Assembly (NCBI RefSeq): GCF_017640745.1 | Contig: NZ_JAEPQA010000005.1 | Coordinates: forward strand, 25,087 to 89,086 | Length of the DNA: 64,000 nucleotides | Reading direction: 5' to 3' | Origin: Nisaea sp. | Lineage (GTDB): Bacteria; Pseudomonadota; Alphaproteobacteria; Thalassobaculales; Thalassobaculaceae | Part shown: positions 49,405 through 58,712 of the stretch, one piece after another | How the letters are laid out: each line of letters begins with the position of its first letter | How positions within the stretch are numbered: the stretch's first letter is position 1 | Notes under the pieces: generated by a model | Database searches by the model: none | The model's input: the letters and a program-made list of their open reading frames with translations, nothing else | What the model was told of the DNA's origin: nothing | Made by a program: the position numbers and the translations under genes

Positions 49405-51546
49405 ATGAGCGACACTTCGGGCCAGTCACCGCGGCCGGAAGGCGGCGGCTCCGGATCGGGCACGGCCCTTCCATCCTTCAGCCTCAAAGGGCTGAAGGGC
49501 ATGACGATGCGCGGGGATATCTATCTCGCGCTCGGGGTGATCGGGATTCTCTCGGTCCTGATCCTGCCCGTGCCGACGATGCTGCTCGACATCCTGCTCG
49601 GCATCTCGATCGCACTCTCGGTGGTCATTTTGATGACCGTGCTTTTCATTGAGAAGCCGCTCGATTTCAATGCATTCCCGACGGTCCTGCTGATCGCGAC
49701 GATGTTGCGTCTGGCGCTCAACCTGGCCTCGACGCGGCTGATCCTGGCGGACGGCCATACTGGCACCGATGCGGCCGGCGAGGTGATCCAGGCTTTCGGC
49801 GCCTTCATGATGAGCGGCAATGCGGCGATCGGGATCATCGTCTTCTCGATCCTGGTGATCGTGAACTTCATCGTCATCACCAAGGGTTCCGGCCGTATCG
49901 CTGAAGTCGCGGCGCGCTTCAGCCTCGACGCGATGCCCGGCAAGCAGATGGCGATCGACGCGGATCTGTCCTCGGGCCTGATCAACGAGGACCAGGCCCG
50001 GGCACGGCGCGAGGAACTGAGCGCGGAGAGCACCTTCTTCGGCGCCATGGACGGTGCCTCGAAGTTCGTGCGCGGCGACGCCGTCGCCGGCTTGCTGATC
50101 ACCGTGATCAACGTCATCGGCGGGATGGTGATCGGCATCGCCCAGCAAGGCGTCAGCTTCTCCGACGCCTTCTCGACCTACACACTGCTGACGGTCGGCG
50201 ACGGCCTGGTCAGCCAGATCCCGGCGCTGATCGTTTCGACGGCCGCCGGTATGCTGGTCACCAAGGGCGGCACGACGGGCACCACCGAGAAAGCCGTGTT
50301 CGGCCAGCTCGGCGGCTATCCGAAGGCGCTCGCGCTCTGCGCCGTGCTGCTTGCGATCCTGTCCCTGCTGCCAGGCTTCCCGACCTTCATCTTCCTCGCG
50401 CTCGCCGCTGCCGTCGGCGGGCTTGCCTACATGATCTACAACACGAACGAAAAGGCCGCCGCCGCAGAGGTCCAGCGCGAAGCCGAGGAAGCCGCCGCGC
50501 CGCCGCCGGAAGAGCCGATCTCCTCGGCGCTGCATATCGACCTCGTCCGCCTGGAACTCGGATACGGTCTGCTGCCCCTGGTGAACGAGACCGTCGAAGG
50601 CCAGCGCCTGACGGATCAGATCCGTGCCCTCCGTCGCCAGCTCGCGGTCGAGAGCGGGTTCATCATGCCGCAGGTCCGGATCCAGGATAATCTCCAGCTC
50701 CCGGCAAACACCTATGTCATACGGGTGAAGGAGATCGAGGTCGGACGCGGAGATATCCGCCCCAACCGTCTCCTGGTGATGGATCCGGCCGGTAATCCGA
50801 TCGATCTCGCCGGCACCGAGACACGGGAGCCGACCTTCGGCCTTCCCGCCATGTGGGTCGGGCCGGAACAGCGCGAGGAAGCCCTCTTCAAGGGCTATAC
50901 CGTGGTCGATCCCTCGACCGTGGTGACGACCCACCTGACCGAGCTGATCCGGGACAATATGCGTGAGCTGCTGTCCTATACGGAAACCCAGAAACTGCTC
51001 GACGAACTGCCGGAGCAGTACCAGAAGCTGGTCACCGACGTGGTCCCGTCGAACATCTCGATCGGCGGACTGCAGCGCATCCTCCAGAACCTCCTCGGCG
51101 AGCGCGTCTCGATCCGCGACCTGCCGACCATTCTGGAAGGCATTTCGGAGGCCGCGACCTTCACCCGCAACATCACGCTGATGACCGAACATGTCCGCAC
51201 GCGCCTCGCGCGGCAAATCAGCGAACAGAATACGGCGGACGACGGCGTGATCCATCTCGTCACCCTGTCGCCGGACTGGGAGCAGACCTTCGCGAACTCC
51301 ATCATCGGCCAGGGCGAGGACCAGCAGCTTTCGATGCCGCCCAGCAAATTGCAGGAATTCATTACCGCGCTGCGCCACACGCTGGATCAACTGGCCGAAA
51401 TCGGGGAGTTCCCCGCGGTTCTGACGTCGCCGGGGATCCGACCCTACGTGCGCTCGATCGTCGAGCGGTTCCGCTCGCAGACTGTGGTAATGTCTCAGAA
51501 CGAAATTCACCCCAAGGCACGGATCAAGACGCTTGGCCAAGTTTAG
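49405..51546 (+). CDS. flhA: Flagellar export gate protein FlhA
   Basis: 713 aa with the FHIPEP signature IAEVAARFSLDAMPGKQMAIDADLSSGLI. An eight-TM N-terminal half is followed by a cytoplasmic C-terminal domain. Confidence 0.96.
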   Translation: MSDTSGQSPRPEGGGSGSGTALPSFSLKGLKGMTMRGDIYLALGVIGILSVLILPVPTMLLDILLGISIALSVVILMTVLFIEKPLDFNAFPTVLLIATMLRLALNLASTRLILADGHTGTDAAGEVIQAFGAFMMSGNAAIGIIVFSILVIVNFIVITKGSGRIAEVAARFSLDAMPGKQMAIDADLSSGLINEDQARARREELSAESTFFGAMDGASKFVRGDAVAGLLITVINVIGGMVIGIAQQGVSFSDAFSTYTLLTVGDGLVSQIPALIVSTAAGMLVTKGGTTGTTEKAVFGQLGGYPKALALCAVLLAILSLLPGFPTFIFLALAAAVGGLAYMIYNTNEKAAAAEVQREAEEAAAPPPEEPISSALHIDLVRLELGYGLLPLVNETVEGQRLTDQIRALRRQLAVESGFIMPQVRIQDNLQLPANTYVIRVKEIEVGRGDIRPNRLLVMDPAGNPIDLAGTETREPTFGLPAMWVGPEQREEALFKGYTVVDPSTVVTTHLTELIRDNMRELLSYTETQKLLDELPEQYQKLVTDVVPSNISIGGLQRILQNLLGERVSIRDLPTILEGISEAATFTRNITLMTEHVRTRLARQISEQNTADDGVIHLVTLSPDWEQTFANSIIGQGEDQQLSMPPSKLQEFITALRHTLDQLAEIGEFPAVLTSPGIRPYVRSIVERFRSQTVVMSQNEIHPKARIKTLGQV

Positions 51547-51593
51547 TTTACGTCTAGGGCGCCTCGAAGACGCGCTTCGCCGGTGAGGGACCC

Positions 51594-52592
51594 ATGCGCC
51601 TGAAGACTTTCTCAGCCGATACGATGAATGACGCCATGGCGCTGGTGAAGCAGCATTTCGGCGAGGAGGCGATCATCGTCTCGACCCAGGCCGGCGAGAA
51701 CGGAAAAGGTGTCCGCATCACCGCCGCCATCGATCAGGTCGACGACGATTACGACTTCGAGGAGGAATCCTACGAGGACGAGCTCTACCACGACCCGATC
51801 GAGATCATCACCGACGCCCTGCTGAACAATGGCGTTCCGCCCCAGCTCTCCGACGACCTGATTGCGGCTGCAGAGGAGATGGCGCTTGAGGATCCGGTGC
51901 TGGCCCTCGCCGGCGCCATCGACCGCTATTTCACCTTCGCGCCCATGCCGATCGGCAACGCCGAGAAACCGATCCTCCTGGTCGGCATGCCCGGCGCCGG
52001 CAAGACCGTCACCATTGCCAAGCTCGCGACCCAGATCGTGATGCGCAAACAGCCGGTGCGCGTGATTACCACGGATACCGTGCGTGCCGGCGGTTTCGCG
52101 CAGCTCGAGGCCTTCACCAAGATCCTCAAGCTCAAGCTGATCAGTGCCGGGACGCCCGAGGAACTGCGGGCCGCCGTCGCCGGCGCGGAAGGGCGCGGAC
52201 ATATCCTGATCGACTGCCCCGGGGGCAATCCGTTCGACGATGCAGACGTCGCCCGCCAGGCGCGCCTGATCAAGGCGGTCAATGCCGACGTGGTGCTGGT
52301 CATGGCCGGCGGCGCGGATCCGATGGAAGCCGCAGAGATCGCCCGGATCTACCGCGAACTCGGCGCCCGGCGCCTGCTCCTGACCCGGCTCGACATGACC
52401 CGGCGCTTCGGCTCCTATCTGAGCGCCGCCGCGGTGGCCGATCTGCAGCTTACAGAGGTCGGCGTCGGGCCGAATGTCGCCGACGGACTGCGGCCCATGA
52501 ACCCGGTCACGCTGGCCCGATTGTTGCTTCCACATTCCGTGGTGCAGAACTTCGACGACGAAGAGCCGGAAGTGCGAGGCGCTTATGGCTGA
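51594..52592 (+). CDS. flhF: SRP-type GTPase FlhF
   Basis: N-terminus MRLKTFSADTMNDAMALVKQHFGEEAIIVS. G1 is LVGMPGAGKTVTIAKLA, followed by TTDTVRAGG and LIDCPG. Confidence 0.87.
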   Translation: MRLKTFSADTMNDAMALVKQHFGEEAIIVSTQAGENGKGVRITAAIDQVDDDYDFEEESYEDELYHDPIEIITDALLNNGVPPQLSDDLIAAAEEMALEDPVLALAGAIDRYFTFAPMPIGNAEKPILLVGMPGAGKTVTIAKLATQIVMRKQPVRVITTDTVRAGGFAQLEAFTKILKLKLISAGTPEELRAAVAGAEGRGHILIDCPGGNPFDDADVARQARLIKAVNADVVLVMAGGADPMEAAEIARIYRELGARRLLLTRLDMTRRFGSYLSAAAVADLQLTEVGVGPNVADGLRPMNPVTLARLLLPHSVVQNFDDEEPEVRGAYG

Positions 52593-52628
52593 GACCGTTA
52601 ACAGGGAACCGGACGAAGGGTTTGTCCT

Positions 52629-53420
52629 ATGATGTCGCCTGCCGATAAACCACGTCAGACTGCCGCCAGCGGGGCAGCCCTCAAGGGGCCGAAAATCCTC
52701 GCCGTTGCTTCGGGCAAGGGCGGCGTGGGCAAGACCTGGTTCTCCGTCACCCTCGCCCACGGCCTCAGCCGCATGGGCAAGAAGGTGCTGCTGTTCGATG
52801 CCGATCTCGGGCTCGCGAACGTCGATATCCAGCTTGGACTGATGCCGCAGCGCGACCTTGGCGGCGTGATCGGCGGGCGCCTTTCGCTCGCCCAGGCCAA
52901 GATCCACTATGACGACGGCAATTTCGACATCATCGCCGGCCGGTCCGGTTCCGGCAGCCTCGCTACCCTTCCCGCGAACCGCCTGCAATCTCTCGGGAAC
53001 GAGCTCGTGCAGCTTTCGGACAGCTACGACCGGGTCGTCATGGATCTCGGCGCGGGTCTCGACCGCACGGTGCGGATCCTGGCCTCCCGGGCGGGACAGA
53101 TCGTGGTCGTCACCACGGCGGAACCGACGTCGCTTACTGACGCCTATGCCTTCGTCAAGGTCGCACACCAGAACGATCCGAACTGCGACATCTCGATCGT
53201 CGTGAACAGCGCGGATTCCGTAAATGACGGCCGCAAGACCTATGAGACCCTGCGCAAGGCGACGATGAACTTCCTGAAGTTCGAACCGGCCCTGCTCGGC
53301 ATCATCCGCCGAGACCGCAAGGTGATCGAGTCGATCCGGAACCAGAGCCCGATCCTGAGCCGTTTTCCGTCGACCATGGCGTCGAGCGACATGGAGGCCA
53401 TCGTCGACAAGCTGCTGTAG
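52629..53420 (+). CDS. flhG: MinD/ParA-type ATPase FlhG (FleN/MotR)
   Basis: Carries the deviant Walker A ILAVASGKGGVGKTWFSVTLA and the Walker B-type VVMDLGAG. It lies directly after flhF. Confidence 0.87.
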   Translation: MMSPADKPRQTAASGAALKGPKILAVASGKGGVGKTWFSVTLAHGLSRMGKKVLLFDADLGLANVDIQLGLMPQRDLGGVIGGRLSLAQAKIHYDDGNFDIIAGRSGSGSLATLPANRLQSLGNELVQLSDSYDRVVMDLGAGLDRTVRILASRAGQIVVVTTAEPTSLTDAYAFVKVAHQNDPNCDISIVVNSADSVNDGRKTYETLRKATMNFLKFEPALLGIIRRDRKVIESIRNQSPILSRFPSTMASSDMEAIVDKLL

Positions 53421-53436
53421 CAGCGAAGAGAGCAGA

Positions 53437-55980
53437 TTGAGCACCGTCCAGCCCACCGCCCCGACCCCGCAGACAAGCGCCCCCGGACAGGCTCCGGCGG
53501 CGCAGGTCGAAGGACGGGTTACGGGTGGGGCGAATGCCCTTCAGGCCGGTACAGGAACCGCGGCACAGCCGTCCGCACAATCCACGCCAGCACCGCAGCA
53601 GCCATCGGCCGCGCCACCCCAGAGCGGCGCGCAGCAGGCTCCGGCCCAACAGTCCTCCGCGCAAACGCCGGCCGCTCAATCGCCGGCGCCGCAATCGCCA
53701 TCTCCCCAGCCGCCGCAGGCTCCGACGCCAACTCCGGCAGCACAAGGCTCTACGCCAGCCGCCACACCGCCGCAGAGTGGATCCTCGCAAAGCGGCACGC
53801 CCGCGCAGCCGCCTCAGGAAGCGACCGCGCGCCCGGTTCCTCCTCCGACCTCACCCCCGCCGCAGACTTCACCCCCGTCACAAGCGACGCCGGCGCAGAC
53901 ACCGGCGCGTCCGGTGCCACAAGAGGCGACCGTGACGCGAATCCTGACGGACGGGACCGTATCGGTGCGCACGGCCGCCGGAGAGGCGACCATCCAGATC
54001 AATCCGAAGCAAATCCCCTCCTTCCTGCGCGCCGGCGCCGTGGTCGCTCTGACGGCGCGACAGACGGAAAACGGTCTGCAGGCCCTGCTTCAGCCAAGAT
54101 CGGCGCTCCGCGCGGATGCCGCTGGCCCGGCGGCCCGCACCGCCTCTCCGGCTTCATCTGCCTCTCAGACCCAGGGCCCCGTCCCCAAAGCGCTCCCGCC
54201 GTTGAGCGACGGACAAGTGACCCGCGCGACCGTCCTGCGTACGTCCTCGCTCCCGCAAGGTATCGCGAGCGGACCGCTCCCGTCCGCCGGCGGCGGCCTC
54301 AGTCCGCAGCAGGCAGCGCAGGCGGCCGCCCGCTACCTGCTTGCTTCCAGTCCGCAACTCAAACCTGCGATCACCATTCCTGCGGCTGCAACGCAGGCCT
54401 CCGTCCAAAGCGCCGTGGCAGCATCCCAGACCGCGACGGGAACCGGTGTCCCCCCGGCCCCCCAGACACCTGCAGGCGCGAGCCCGCAAGGAACGCCGGC
54501 AAGCGGCAATCCTCCATCCGCACAGGCTCCGACGCCGCAAGGCGCTGCGCCCACAGGCACGACACAAGCTCCTGCTATTCAGACTCAGACACCCGGGTCC
54601 GGATCCGCACCAACGCCCACGGCAACGCCGGCCGGCGCATCCACCACGAGCGGACAGGCGCAAACTCCGGCGCCGGCGCCAGCTACGGTGCCCCGGTCAC
54701 CTTCCCTTCAGCCCGCTTCCGCTCCGGCCGGATCCGGTCAGCCTGCGCCGATCCAAACCTCCGTAGCCGGTCCGTCCACCCAGGTGGCGTCACCGGCATC
54801 AGCCTCGGGCACGCCGGTGGCCGCTTCATCAACGGCGGTGCAAAGCGGTTCCGCGGTAACGGAATCCGCTGCCGCGGCTTCCCCGACGACCTCGCGGCAA
54901 GTAACGCCTGCGCCCCACTCCTCCGCCAGTCCCGTAAGCGGACAGACCGCCACCTCTGCCCCGGCCGCATCCGTTCCGCATCCGGCCACCGCTCTGCCGC
55001 CCGGCGCGGACTTCCCTGTCCGGGTGCTCTCCGTCGGACAGCCTGCGAGCAACGCCCTTGTCGCGCAGGCCGGTTCCGGGGGCACGGTGATTTCGGGAAC
55101 GATCGTCGCCACCGGCGGGAATGGCCAGGCGATCGTGAATTCCTCGGTCGGCTTGCTCGACATTGCCGCGCGCGCCGAGAGCAGCCAGCTGCAGTCGGAA
55201 ATCCGCATGGAAATGCTGTCCCGTGCCGCCGCCGAAAGCGCCGGGCGGAGCGGCACCTCGCAGCAGACGCCGCTCTCGGTCCTGTCCCGCGAATGGCCGG
55301 CACTGGAAGAGAGTCTGCGCGCGCTTGAAATCGCAGCGCCCCAAGGCGCAGCACAACTTGCCGCGACCATCGCCCGGCCGGGTCCCCAGCTGACCGCGTC
55401 CATGCTGTTCTTTCTCGCCGCGGTCCGCGGCGGATCGCTCGGCAGCTGGCTCGGCAAGGATGCCAGCCAGAGCCTTGAGAGTTCGAACAGCCGCCTGCTT
55501 TCCGCCCTCAGCGGCGATTTCCAGTCGCTCAACCGGGCGAGCGACGGCGGTCCGGAGAGCGGCGGCTGGCGTGCCTTCTTCATGCCGATGCAGAACAACG
55601 ATGTGATGGAACAACTGCGGTTCTTCATCCTTCCGGCTCCGTTTCAGCCACGGGACGACAGGAAGAAGCGCCGCGACGAGGACAGCGAGGAGAGCGGACA
55701 AGACGGTGAAACCCGTTTTATCGTCGACCTTGCCCTGAGCGGCCTCGGCCCATTCCAGATCGACGGGTCGGTCGCAAAGAAGTCGCTCTCCCTCCTGATC
55801 CGTACCAGGCACGCGCTGCCGTCACAGATGCGGGCGGACATCATCGACATCTTCGAGACCACGGCTGCCCGAACAGGCATGGAAGGCGCGGTCAGCTTCA
55901 AGGTGCAGAAGGAGTTTCCCCCGCTTCCGCTCGCCGAACTGATGCCGGACGGACGGCAGGGGCCGGACGTCTACGCGTGA
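53437..55980 (+). CDS. 847-aa Pro/Ala/Gln/Ser/Thr-rich protein with a C-terminal FliK-like (Flg_hook-like) domain; second ruler-like candidate
   Basis: TTG start 16 nt after the flhG stop. About 550 aa are low-complexity. The C-terminal globular part ends with RFIVDLALSGLGPFQIDGSVAKKSLSLLIRTRHALPSQMRADIIDIFETTAARTGMEGAVSF. That segment can be laid over the FliK C-terminal pattern L.L.P..LG.V.I........L.F........R..L......L...L...G. The coding call rests on length and strand context. Confidence 0.62.
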   Translation: MSTVQPTAPTPQTSAPGQAPAAQVEGRVTGGANALQAGTGTAAQPSAQSTPAPQQPSAAPPQSGAQQAPAQQSSAQTPAAQSPAPQSPSPQPPQAPTPTPAAQGSTPAATPPQSGSSQSGTPAQPPQEATARPVPPPTSPPPQTSPPSQATPAQTPARPVPQEATVTRILTDGTVSVRTAAGEATIQINPKQIPSFLRAGAVVALTARQTENGLQALLQPRSALRADAAGPAARTASPASSASQTQGPVPKALPPLSDGQVTRATVLRTSSLPQGIASGPLPSAGGGLSPQQAAQAAARYLLASSPQLKPAITIPAAATQASVQSAVAASQTATGTGVPPAPQTPAGASPQGTPASGNPPSAQAPTPQGAAPTGTTQAPAIQTQTPGSGSAPTPTATPAGASTTSGQAQTPAPAPATVPRSPSLQPASAPAGSGQPAPIQTSVAGPSTQVASPASASGTPVAASSTAVQSGSAVTESAAAASPTTSRQVTPAPHSSASPVSGQTATSAPAASVPHPATALPPGADFPVRVLSVGQPASNALVAQAGSGGTVISGTIVATGGNGQAIVNSSVGLLDIAARAESSQLQSEIRMEMLSRAAAESAGRSGTSQQTPLSVLSREWPALEESLRALEIAAPQGAAQLAATIARPGPQLTASMLFFLAAVRGGSLGSWLGKDASQSLESSNSRLLSALSGDFQSLNRASDGGPESGGWRAFFMPMQNNDVMEQLRFFILPAPFQPRDDRKKRRDEDSEESGQDGETRFIVDLALSGLGPFQIDGSVAKKSLSLLIRTRHALPSQMRADIIDIFETTAARTGMEGAVSFKVQKEFPPLPLAELMPDGRQGPDVYA

Positions 55981-55998
55981 TCGCCTGCCCCCGAAACG

Positions 55999-56415
55999 CT
56001 AGCTTTCGCGCCGCTTCATGATGTTGAGCGCGATCTCGTCCAGTTCCATCTGCTCGAGCCGGGCGATCCGTTCCGCTTCCCGGGCGGCATGCTGTTCCTG
56101 CGCGGCTTCGGCCTTGCGGAGCTCCTGATAGGCGTCGAGGACCTCCTCGTTGGCGGCATCGATCTCCGTGCGCTTCGCCGAGATACGGCCGGCGAGGGCT
56201 TTTTCGCGCTGCTTGAAATGGACCATGTAGCCTTCAAGTGTCCGGCGCGCTTCCAGGGAAGCGCCAGCCGCCTGCTTTTCCTTCTCGAACTCTCGCTTCA
56301 TAGCCTCGGATTCTGCGAGCAACGCCGCCTCCTCCGCGAGCAGAGCGCCCATCGCGCGGCGCTTTTCATCAAGTTCCCAGGTTCTGAGGCGGACGAGTTG
56401 TTCGAACTGGCTCAC
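55999..56415 (-). CDS. fliJ: Flagellar export chaperone/stalk protein FliJ
   Basis: 138 aa, entirely a charged coiled coil (LVRLRTWELDEKRRAMGALLAEEAALLAESEAMKREFEKEK). It lies immediately downstream of fliI. Confidence 0.68.
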   Translation of the reverse strand: MSQFEQLVRLRTWELDEKRRAMGALLAEEAALLAESEAMKREFEKEKQAAGASLEARRTLEGYMVHFKQREKALAGRISAKRTEIDAANEEVLDAYQELRKAEAAQEQHAAREAERIARLEQMELDEIALNIMKRRES

Positions 56416-56423
56416 GGCTCACC

Positions 56424-57782
56424 CTAATCGTCGTCGTCCGCTTCGGGAGACGCGTCGCCGATCATCGAAAGGATCGCATCGAGCTGATCGTATCCGGCAT
56501 CGAGCGTCGCGGCCTCGTTCTTGTCCTGCGAGAGGAAACGCTCGAGAGAGTCATGATAGAGGATTGCCTCGTCCACTTCCGGATCGCTGCCCCGGCGATA
56601 GGCGCCGAGGCGGATCATGTCGGCCATGTTCTCGTAGGTCGCCATGAGAGATCTGGCGCGGCGCACCAGAGCGTTTTCTGACGCCGTGTTGCAGTCCGGC
56701 ATGGTCCGCGACACGCTTCGGAGCACGTTGATGGCGGGATAGCGCCCCCGGTCCGCGATCCCGCGGTCCAGCACGATATGGCCGTCGATGATGCCGCGCA
56801 CCGCGTCGGAGATCGGTTCGTTGTGATCGTCGCCCTCGACCAGCACGGTGAAGAGTCCGGTGATCGTCCCCTCGCCAGTTCCGGGCCCCGCCCTTTCCAG
56901 CAGTTTCGGCAGCTCGGCGAAGACCGTTGGCGTATAGCCCTTCGAGGCCGGCGGCTCCCCGGTTGCCAGACCGATCTCGCGCTGCGCCATGGCGAAGCGG
57001 GTCACGCTGTCCATCATGCACATGACGGTCTTGCCCTCGTCGCGGAAATATTCCGCGACGGCAAGTGTCAGATGGGCCGCTTGCCGGCGCATCAGGGGCG
57101 ACTCGTCCGAGGTGGCGACCACCACCACGCTGCGGGCGAGGCCTTCCTCGCCGAGGTAATCCTGGATGAATTCCTGCACTTCGCGCCCGCGCTCGCCGAT
57201 CAGCCCGATCACATTCACCTCGCTCTGGGTGAAGCGGGCAATCATCGACATCAGCATCGACTTGCCGACTCCGGAGCCGGCGAAGATGCCCATGCGCTGG
57301 CCCTTGCAGACCGAGATGAAGGTGTTGATCGCACGAACCCCGAGATCGAGCTTCTCGCCGACACGCTGACGGGCATGGGCCGGCGGCGGCGGGGTTTTCA
57401 CCGGACAGCCTTTCGGACCGTCGCCGAGCGGCCCCTTGCCGTCCACCGGCTCGCCCATGGCGTTCACGACCCGGCCGAGCCAGCCCTCATGCGGAAAGAT
57501 CACGGGCGCCGCATCGGAGATCTCCGCACGGCTGCCGATGCCGATTCCATCGAGCGACCCGAACGGCATTGCCAGCGCGCGCCCGTCCTTGAATCCGACG
57601 ATCTCGCAGCTCACCCGCGTGCCGCTCCGGGCCTGCAGATGCAGCCGGTCCCCGATCGAGAGCGCCCGGTCGACGCCGCCGACCTCGACCATCATTCCCA
57701 GAACGGCGGTCACCCGGCCGTAAAGCCGGAACTCGGCAATCTTGTCGATTTCAGATGCGAGGTTTCCAAGGGCTGTCGCCAC
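56424..57782 (-). CDS. fliI: Flagellar export ATPase FliI
   Basis: Carries Walker A GIFAGSGVGKSMLM and Walker B VMCMMDSVTRFAMAQREI. The C-terminus GRYPAINVLRSVSR is typical of F1/FliI ATPases. Confidence 0.96.
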   Translation of the reverse strand: MATALGNLASEIDKIAEFRLYGRVTAVLGMMVEVGGVDRALSIGDRLHLQARSGTRVSCEIVGFKDGRALAMPFGSLDGIGIGSRAEISDAAPVIFPHEGWLGRVVNAMGEPVDGKGPLGDGPKGCPVKTPPPPAHARQRVGEKLDLGVRAINTFISVCKGQRMGIFAGSGVGKSMLMSMIARFTQSEVNVIGLIGERGREVQEFIQDYLGEEGLARSVVVVATSDESPLMRRQAAHLTLAVAEYFRDEGKTVMCMMDSVTRFAMAQREIGLATGEPPASKGYTPTVFAELPKLLERAGPGTGEGTITGLFTVLVEGDDHNEPISDAVRGIIDGHIVLDRGIADRGRYPAINVLRSVSRTMPDCNTASENALVRRARSLMATYENMADMIRLGAYRRGSDPEVDEAILYHDSLERFLSQDKNEAATLDAGYDQLDAILSMIGDASPEADDDD

Positions 57783-57959
57783 TTGACGCTCTCCTACAGG
57801 GACAAAAGCCCTTTTCAGGCCCGTTCGCCAACCTAGTTAATAAAGTCTATCATCAACCAAGACGTCTGGCACGCTTTCGCCCCGGTGAAGCCATAGGTTA
57901 ACGGTTTGTTTATCTAAAGACGTTAACGTTTATAATAAGGAAAATTTAGGGAGGGTCCC

Positions 57960-58682
57960 ATGCGAGTACTCCTGGTAGAAGACGATACCGCGACCGCGCA
58001 AAGCATCGAACTGATGCTGAAGTCCGAAGGTTTTGTCGTCGACGTTACCGAGCACGGAGAGGACGGTCTCGAAATCGGCCGTCTGTACGATTACGACATC
58101 ATCCTGCTCGACCTGATGCTGCCGGACCTCGATGGGTATGAGGTCCTCCGCCGTCTGCGCAGCTCGAAGGTCGAGACGCCGATCCTGATTTTGTCGGGCC
58201 TGTCCGAAATGGACAACAAGATCAAAGGCCTCGGATTCGGCGCCGACGATTATCTTACCAAGCCTTTCGACCGGCGCGAGCTGATCGCCCGGATGCAGGC
58301 GATCATCCGCCGCTCCAAAGGCCATTCCGACTCGGTCATCGAAACCGGTCCGATTTCGGTCAACCTGACGACACGGAGCGCGGAGGTCGACGGCAAGCCG
58401 GTCCATCTCACCGGCAAGGAATTCGCGATTCTCGAGCTGCTCTCCCTGCGCAAGGGCACGACGCTGACGAAGGAGATGTTCCTGAACCATCTCTATGGCG
58501 GCATCGACGAACCCGAACTGAAGATCATCGACGTCTTCGTCTGCAAACTGCGGAAGAAGCTCTCGAAAGCGACCGGCGGTGCCAACTACATTGAAACGGT
58601 GTGGGGCCGCGGCTATGTGCTGCGCGATCCGGAAACCGAGACCGCATCGAAGAGCAAGCGGGTCAAGGAGCCGGCCGAGTAG
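57960..58682 (+). CDS. ctrA: OmpR-family response regulator CtrA
   Basis: [106 protein letters not shown] is near-identical over long blocks to my recollection of Caulobacter CtrA. Confidence 0.9.
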   Translation: MRVLLVEDDTATAQSIELMLKSEGFVVDVTEHGEDGLEIGRLYDYDIILLDLMLPDLDGYEVLRRLRSSKVETPILILSGLSEMDNKIKGLGFGADDYLTKPFDRRELIARMQAIIRRSKGHSDSVIETGPISVNLTTRSAEVDGKPVHLTGKEFAILELLSLRKGTTLTKEMFLNHLYGGIDEPELKIIDVFVCKLRKKLSKATGGANYIETVWGRGYVLRDPETETASKSKRVKEPAE

Positions 58683-58712
58683 CCGCACTTTCTCCGACCG
58701 ATCAATAAAAAG

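Noticed and set aside
49426-51540. 704-aa ORF antisense to flhA
   Set aside because: It overlaps a gene with unmistakable FlhA motifs on the other strand. Its product is Arg/Gly/Asp/His-rich with no recognisable domain, which is the typical stop-codon-poor antisense frame of GC-rich DNA.
51612-53456. 614-aa ORF antisense to flhF and flhG
   Set aside because: Same reasoning. FlhF and FlhG have clear P-loop signatures on the plus strand, and the antisense product is low-complexity (R/G/D/H/A).
53460-53900. Repetitive Pro/Ala/Gln-coding DNA (also 11220-11345 in the 1221-aa protein and 60190-60300 in the cheB linker), considered as tandem or CRISPR-like repeats
   Set aside because: The repeats are imperfect, in-frame and inside long ORFs. 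They encode low-complexity linkers, and there is no repeat-spacer periodicity.
57867-57880. Sigma54-like sequence TGGCACGCTTTCGC upstream of ctrA
   Set aside because: The GG-to-GC spacing is 9 nt, not 10, and the spacing is normally invariant. The seven accepted promoters all have exact spacing.
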